A stretch of DNA of 64,000 nt from Amoeboaphelidium occidentale. Lineage: Eukaryota. Both the position numbers and the translations under genes were made by a program. Of the stretch, positions 57,810 through 64,000 are shown piece after piece. The notes beneath the pieces were generated by a model. The model was not told where the DNA came from. It made no database searches and was given only the letters and a program-made list of their open reading frames with translations. The stretch covers positions 1 through 64,000 of the forward strand of contig JALGPX010000046.1 of the NCBI GenBank assembly GCA_023515795.1, given 5' to 3'. Numbering within the stretch: the stretch's first letter is position 1; every line of letters begins with the position of its first letter.

Positions 57810-60341
57810 TCATCCCCATACGTTACCAAAAAACCGGTTCTGAATCGAACTTGAGATTGAAGACAGTTCTTTGGTTAGCGATGGCCGATTTGTCGGTTCT
57901 TTCAGTTGTTTCTGCGTCGGCTTACTCTCAATGTGTACAGCGCCAATATTTTCACTGTTCTCAAGGATCGATTCGACCAAATCATCCAAACTAGTGCGCT
58001 CAAGTGGTTGATAGCTGACAGGAAACAATGCAAAACGAGAGCCACTCTGAATAATAGGAACAATAACATGTTGTTCTGTGAGAAATGATCTTACACTTGA
58101 GCCTTCGTGAGGCGTGTAATTCGAACCAACATTAAATGCCTGAAACAACGAAGAGTATCTTGTTTGGCATCGATCAATTCTTTCTGAAAAGGTATCTTTT
58201 AAAGTTTCAAATTCACTGATACTCGACAAAACAATCTGCGCTTTGTTCTTGACATCCACAAAAGATGAATTCAAATCTCGCTTATCATCAGTCTTGTTTA
58301 GCCTGTAAACGAACGACGGCTTTAAAATCTTTCCCAAAAACAATAAATCAAAATAAGACTGATACAAATGGTGTTTCTTGTCTTCAACTGAAAAAGCACT
58401 ATCGAATAAGTTCCTAAAGAATTTGATTGTTTCTTGAGATAACTGAAAGTCAAAGTACTCAAAAACCTTCTCGAACTCAAGCACTTCAGTGTGGTGCTTC
58501 AAATCAGTGACTATTCGAAACAGAATTCTGATGAGTGTCGGTGAAGGATGAGACGGAAGTATGTAACGTTCATTTTCTATCTCAACAACATCCCAATTCG
58601 ACGATGCCATCTTACTGGGTTTGTTCATTTGCTTCGTGAGGCTAAATTGAAGCACATTCCAATGATCAGCATCTTGAGCATAATAGTCTTTTAAAGTATC
58701 CGAATATGTCTCAGTAAGCTTCTTAACTAGCGGTTTGAACGCGCCAACAAAAACTTCAAGTCCTTCATTCACAGCAGAATCGAATTCGTGGGATACTTCT
58801 GGGAGTCCAGTTGCTGCAGTAGCTTCCTGAATAATACTATCCTTCTGAGACAAAAACAAGCTCTTGGTCTTCTTTCCTAGAATTGTAAGAGCATTAATGT
58901 CTAGATTATTTTCAGATAAAGACAAGATTGTTTTTGAACAAAACTGCAAAATTTCAGTAAATAGAGATCTGCAAGAATCCATATAGTGAGGCTCAAGCTT
59001 AGGATTATCTTTAAGCAAAGAAACTACAGATTCAAACTGTCCCTTAAAATCAATCCTTTGTTTGGAGCTGTCAGACAAAAACTCTTGAGCTCCATACAGT
59101 GCAGACTTCATTGTCATATCAATAATTTCAATACTTTTCGAATTGAATGAAGTCTCAAAGAGTTTATCCCAAACATTGATGTTCTCAAAGAACTTAGAAA
59201 GTATTTCTGATTTCCCTAGAATAGCCTCGATTTCGCGCTTAAGCAGAACCAATTCCTGACCAGTTTTGGCCTCTTTTAGCGATATAGAATTAAACTGACT
59301 TACAACAGTTTTGAGCCATGATTGAAATTCCGTTTTGAAGAACTCTCTGTTCTTGCTTAGCAAAAATGATATCCGTGGTTTCAGTACACGAACATTTGGT
59401 GGTAAATAACGATACATCAGGTGCATCTTAGTCTTTGAAACATTAAATAAATCATTAGCGAGAGCTGAAGACGATACAGAAGGATGCAAATTAATGCCTG
59501 GGTCGAGATGATCATGAATGTACTGAGACAAAACACCACTGGATCCATTATGACCCACAAAAAGTCGGTAGCCTTCTTCCAAAGTACCAAGAAGCAAGCT
59601 TAGCCTCTCTTTAACAGAAATATCATCTCTAGAATGCGCATTATAGCGTTCCTTCAAAAAGACTTTTGTAAAAATACTTTCCTCATCGTAACTATCAAGC
59701 ATCATCAAACAAAGCACGGAATCCAGGACATCATCGCTTTTCGATCTCAAAGACTCAAAACAGAGTTCCGTAATTTTAGTTTTTAACGGAAGAATATCAT
59801 CGTTCCATTTAGTCCGAATGATCCCTTTAAACTCTTCGTTGGCTGACAAATTCTTCTGTATTTCTCTCGCCAGCAAGAACAGCAAGGACGCACTCAACAC
59901 CGCAGAATTATCCAAATGAAAATGAATCTGTTCGTAAGAGTCAATTAACAGTTTTACTTGACATGCAACTTGAAACGTTTCTTTAGCTGAAGGGTCTTGA
60001 GGATCAATCGGACTAAGCGGCGATTTAACTTTGCCAGGGTCTCTCATTTCTGCCCCAATTTTCCGTAAGCCATCTTCAATTGATGATATCGATTCTCTTA
60101 ATTCTGATACTTTCGATGGCATAATTGTGATGATGGAGGAAGCTGCGCTCTTCTCTTCGCTGTTTGGCAAGAAGTCTCTGTAATGTGCGCCAACCAAATC
60201 CCTGAGCTCCTGCCTCTTCGCATTCGAGTCATTCCGGACTTTTAAATAAAGTTGACGCAATTCTGCTACAGAGTGCTTTTGGAAGAGGCGATCTGTTTCT
60301 GTTGCGGCTGAAGTTGCAGATGGCTGCTTCCCAATTGTCAT
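57810..60341 (-). CDS. Vps51/COG1-family tethering subunit (COG1-like)
   Basis: LFQKHSVAELR...KRQELRDLVGAHYRDF, QVKLLIDSYEQI, LPSHPSP. Confidence 0.75.
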   Translation of the reverse strand: MTIGKQPSATSAATETDRLFQKHSVAELRQLYLKVRNDSNAKRQELRDLVGAHYRDFLPNSEEKSAASSIITIMPSKVSELRESISSIEDGLRKIGAEMRDPGKVKSPLSPIDPQDPSAKETFQVACQVKLLIDSYEQIHFHLDNSAVLSASLLFLLAREIQKNLSANEEFKGIIRTKWNDDILPLKTKITELCFESLRSKSDDVLDSVLCLMMLDSYDEESIFTKVFLKERYNAHSRDDISVKERLSLLLGTLEEGYRLFVGHNGSSGVLSQYIHDHLDPGINLHPSVSSSALANDLFNVSKTKMHLMYRYLPPNVRVLKPRISFLLSKNREFFKTEFQSWLKTVVSQFNSISLKEAKTGQELVLLKREIEAILGKSEILSKFFENINVWDKLFETSFNSKSIEIIDMTMKSALYGAQEFLSDSSKQRIDFKGQFESVVSLLKDNPKLEPHYMDSCRSLFTEILQFCSKTILSLSENNLDINALTILGKKTKSLFLSQKDSIIQEATAATGLPEVSHEFDSAVNEGLEVFVGAFKPLVKKLTETYSDTLKDYYAQDADHWNVLQFSLTKQMNKPSKMASSNWDVVEIENERYILPSHPSPTLIRILFRIVTDLKHHTEVLEFEKVFEYFDFQLSQETIKFFRNLFDSAFSVEDKKHHLYQSYFDLLFLGKILKPSFVYRLNKTDDKRDLNSSFVDVKNKAQIVLSSISEFETLKDTFSERIDRCQTRYSSLFQAFNVGSNYTPHEGSSVRSFLTEQHVIVPIIQSGSRFALFPVSYQPLERTSLDDLVESILENSENIGAVHIESKPTQKQLKEPTNRPSLTKELSSISSSIQNRFFGNVWG

Positions 60342-60383
60342 CGCAGTGAAACGAAATATGTTTCAACTTTTAAAACGCTTTTA

Positions 60384-61148
60384 TTACCGATAAGTCGGCG
60401 GCCTGTTGTCTCTGTTGAGAAGTAACCGTGAATGGAGCCATTCTACTGCTCCTTTTACGCCATCCCTATGAATAAATTAGGCGCGATGCTAGACAGTAAA
60501 AATACCCCGTTAGTGCGCTCACTGGCATGACTTTGCTATCTCTAGCATCTAATTTAGCCGCCAAGGGATTAAATGCCTCCTTAATCTGCTCGACCCTCAA
60601 CGCTTTATCGACTATATCTTGCTTATTCGCAAGCATTATCACAGGAACACCTTCAGTTGACGATGAAGATATCACATTCTCTTCACAATTACTTGATACT
60701 AAGTAAAAGATTACCAAATACTTGTAGAACTTCAGCTATTCTGCTAACATCACAAGAATCAATAACGAACATAATCGCATGACAGGAATCATAGTATTCG
60801 TTCCATATCTTTTGTAAGTCAGTCTGCCCACCAAGATCCCATATCTGAAGCCTCGAATGTCCAATATCAAGTTTACCAACTAAAGATCAATCGAATGATT
60901 TATGCCGCAGTCTTATTACTGTTAAGTCCAATGGTCGGTGTAATCTTGTCTGGTGGGAGGCCAGGCACACCCAGGTACAGCGATTTAATCTTTTCTAATA
61001 GAGTCTATAAGAAAGAATTAGAGGTCATGATACTACAGATCTTGTTTCATTTTACAGTTTTGCCTGCATTATCAAGGCCGAGCACCAGTACATTGTACTC
61101 CTCCTTTCTTGCCAAGTGCTTATACAGGCCGGTCAGTAAAGTGTACAT
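60384..61148 (-). CDS. ARF-related GTPase ARFRP1/Arl3, multi-exon
   Basis: MYTLLTGLYKHLARKEEYNVLVLGLDNAGKT, ITPTIGLN, WDLGGQ, LANKQD, SALTG. Confidence 0.9.
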
Positions 61149-61209
61149 TTAAGCGTTTTCTATTTGAATATCCTTATTGATATTGAAAATCAAGTTGTTA
61201 TCGACAGTG

Positions 61210-61828
61210 ATGCAATTGCGCTCTAAATTACTGATAATCCCTAAGCGATTCTTCATTCCCTCGCCCTTCAGTCCAGCAAGTAGAGAATCTGTTGTTACTC
61301 AGAAAAAGATACTTCCGTACGTGTCCTAATGATACAGTGTTCAGTTGAACTAAATTTTGAAGGTATCGTCCAACGGAACTTTATGATATTGTTGCTGATG
61401 TTGGAAAATACCACGAGTTTATACCCTTGTGTACGTCCTCGGTCGTGTTATCCAGCAGAGTGGAGTTGATAAACAATGGAAGTATGGAAAAGCGGATACT
61501 GGAGATGAGTGAGCTGGGGATAGGCATAAATGGAATGGACGTCAAGTACACGAGCAAAGTCACAAGGGAGGAGCGCATTAACGGAAAAGAACTTTATAGG
61601 ATATTAGCAAATGTAGATAATGATGATATATTCCATCATTTGCGCACAGAATGGATGTTTAAACCTTTGCTAAATGCAGAGCATGACCGTAAATGCTTAG
61701 TGGAGTTCGATGTTCGCTTCAAGTTCAAGTCTCCTATTTTGGCTCAGCTTGCGACAACTATGCTTGAGGAAAGCAATAAGCTGATACTTAATGCCTTTGA
61801 AAGAAGGGCTAGAGAAATATACCAATAG
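61210..61828 (+). CDS. COQ10: Coenzyme Q-binding START-domain protein, 1 intron
   Basis: Presequence, KILP|YRPTELYDIVADVGKYHEFIPLC, AFERRAREIY. Confidence 0.85.
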
Positions 61829-61854
61829 ATTGTAGTTGTTTTTATATTAATTGC

Positions 61855-62510
61855 TCAGATTATGGTTCCATTGATGAGGTTCAAGAACTTGTTACGCTTC
61901 GATTCCGTAAATGCTATTCCGTTCTCGTTCAATAACGATTCCATTTGTTTCTTAACTTGCTCTGGATTTGTGGTTTCAATTTCGATTTCCCAACCTGTGC
62001 CAAACGGATAAGTCGTCTCGTCCAATTCTACTGTTTCAGATGTCCATGGAATCTTTAGTCTGAGCGTTTTAAACTCGCCAACAACTTTCCATGCAGTCTC
62101 TGGTGTCGCGTCTGCTCCAATAACTGAGAATATGTGCTTAATTAACGGATATTCTCTGGAATATTTCGCAATGCTACTCGGATCTCTCAAGATTTCCTGT
62201 CCGATTTCCTTTGTGAGCTCCGTTTCTTCTTCCCTGACTTTGCTTATGCCATCTGCTAGAGTTGCTTTTCCTTTCCATGTAAGAATATACTTCTCGCCAT
62301 TGTTAATATCACGAACACGAACGATGTTTCTCAGTTTTTCACTATATTGCTTGTTATGGCCTTTAACAACTTGCAGGCTTACAGAGACAAATTGACTGTG
62401 TCAAGATAATAGTTTGCTTGGTGCTGGGTCTCCTTTGGTTCTCCAAGAAGAGCTTTGACTTTAAGGTATTCTTCTTTTGTCGGAAGCCTGAGCTTTATTT
62501 CTACCTCCAT
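61855..62510 (-). CDS. CYTH-domain triphosphate tunnel metalloenzyme (TTM3-like), 1 intron
   Basis: MEVEIKLRL (ExExK), VRVR, DGISKVREEE, ELDETTYPFG..WEIEIE. Confidence 0.85.
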
Positions 62511-62916
62511 TATTGTGAGAAAACGCAAATCTCCGCAAGTGTCAGGGAGTCATGCAGTATCAATGCTGTTTCACATCTCATTCCGGAAGCCTCTTGTGAG
62601 CTTTTCGGCAAGAAATATATTTGAAGTAAAACTCTATTCATACTATGCATTCGCGTTCTTCTGTGAGGTTTGGAATTCGCGAAGTAACAACGCGTATTGC
62701 TGTCAGAACTCCTTCAAGATAACAAAACCGGATATTTCTCAATTCTCGTGTTTGCAGTCTGCATAACACTTAACCTACTGCGTCACAGAACTAAATAGTC
62801 GCTATTTGGAACGTTATTGTTAATGATTTCGCTGTCGCAGCCTCACGATACTCGAAGTTTGCACGCTGTTGCGCTTTCCAGTTGATCGAGATCGCCCTCT
62901 GCAAATTTTTTTTGAA

Positions 62917-64000
62917 ATGGATCTGGTCAAAATTATTGAGCATTTGGCATTCGAAGGTGAAAGCGGTAAGTGATCATGGAATGAATGGTCTCTAATTAGC
63001 GTAGGCCTTCGGTTTTCCGAGTTGTTACAAGTTTCCAAAGGATTTGGATGGCTTCATCATGAATCGGACGAATTGTTGTTGTTGCAAAAGCTTATTTGTT
63101 CCGACCATGCTGAGATACACAAAATCATTGTACCCACGGAGGCGTTGTCTGTTATTCCTACACGAGATACTGTTGATAAGAGATCCGAAATCGACAAGTG
63201 CGCTTACGGTGCAGAGAAGCTACAGCAAGCAGTTATAGAAGCTCCTCTCGCTCATGTTATTGTGTGCTCTGCTGAGCTTCGGCTTAAAATATTCTCAGCT
63301 GGGGAAGTTAATAACAAACGTCTAACAGATAACTCCTTCAAAGTTCTTGAAGCGATCGCAGTATCAAAAGAGAAAGGAGTGACACAAGCCGAGCTAAAGA
63401 ATTTGTTTGACATGGATTCGCGTACCGTGTTTTATCACACAAAACTTCTGGTACAGAAAGATATAGCCATCAAGAGGCCAGTTTCTCAAAATGGGGCTTA
63501 TACACAGCTTATTGTATTGAAGAGGTTTGCAAACGGTCGCCCGGATGGAGCAGAGGGTGATGACGAAGAAGTATCAGACAAAAGAAGCATTGAATTAATG
63601 GTATCGAAATTGACGAAAGTTCTTGACTCCGTTGAAAACAGGACGATTTGTTACGATGATATGAAAAAAGCTCCAGAACTGGCAGTTTATAGTTGGGATG
63701 TTTTGAAGAAAGTTATTGGAAAATTAGAGGAGCATGGTATATTAGAACGATTCTACGTGAAGAATGGAAAGAAAGATGTTCGTTGTGCTCGACTTCTTGT
63801 TGATCCAGCAAATGTCAAAGGATACAAAGTTGAAAACAAGGACAATGTAGAACCAGCACCTGATATGGTTGCGGAGACAGAAGCATTTACGGTTGATTGC
63901 AGTCAGATTATAAAGGAGCATTTTGAAGAGAAAGTAGGACCAGAGACTTCTAGCAGTTCCAACCAACAAATTGAACACGTAGAACCGCCTATTCCAAAAG
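62917..64000 (+). CDS. TFIIIC B-block-binding subunit (Tfc3/GTF3C1-like), 5' part, runs off the window
   Basis: MDLVKIIEHLAFEGESG|intron; VLEAIAVSKEKGVTQAELKNLFDMDSRTVFYHTKLL winged-helix motif; open to the window end. Confidence 0.75.

Overview
Gene-dense eukaryotic contig of about 38 protein-coding loci, with very short GT-AG introns (mostly about 35-45 nt) and intergenic gaps often under 60 bp. The proteins are fungus-like but include ancestral opisthokont features: a MyTH4/FERM myosin and an animal-type p22phox. The best inference is an early-diverging fungus or Cryptomycota parasite such as Rozella, but this is not verified. Most of the window is housekeeping genes. The accessory part is a ~6.4 kb island (41.9-48.3 kb) bracketed by an inverted duplication of an intron-containing tRNA-Tyr gene plus its 3' flank. 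It holds Ty3/gypsy LTR-element fragments inserted 10 bp upstream of the tRNA, a Tc1-type DD34E transposase and a Crinkler-like NTPase+nuclease gene. A second, decayed Crinkler-like gene lies at 25.6-28.0 kb. Features missing from or fragmented in the ORF track include a C/D snoRNA predicted to guide the equivalent of yeast 25S Cm2948, a p22phox gene 3.7 kb from a NOX gene, HUB1, RPS30 with a structured intron, and TFIIIC. All assignments come from reading motifs by eye; no searches were run and exon boundaries are approximate.
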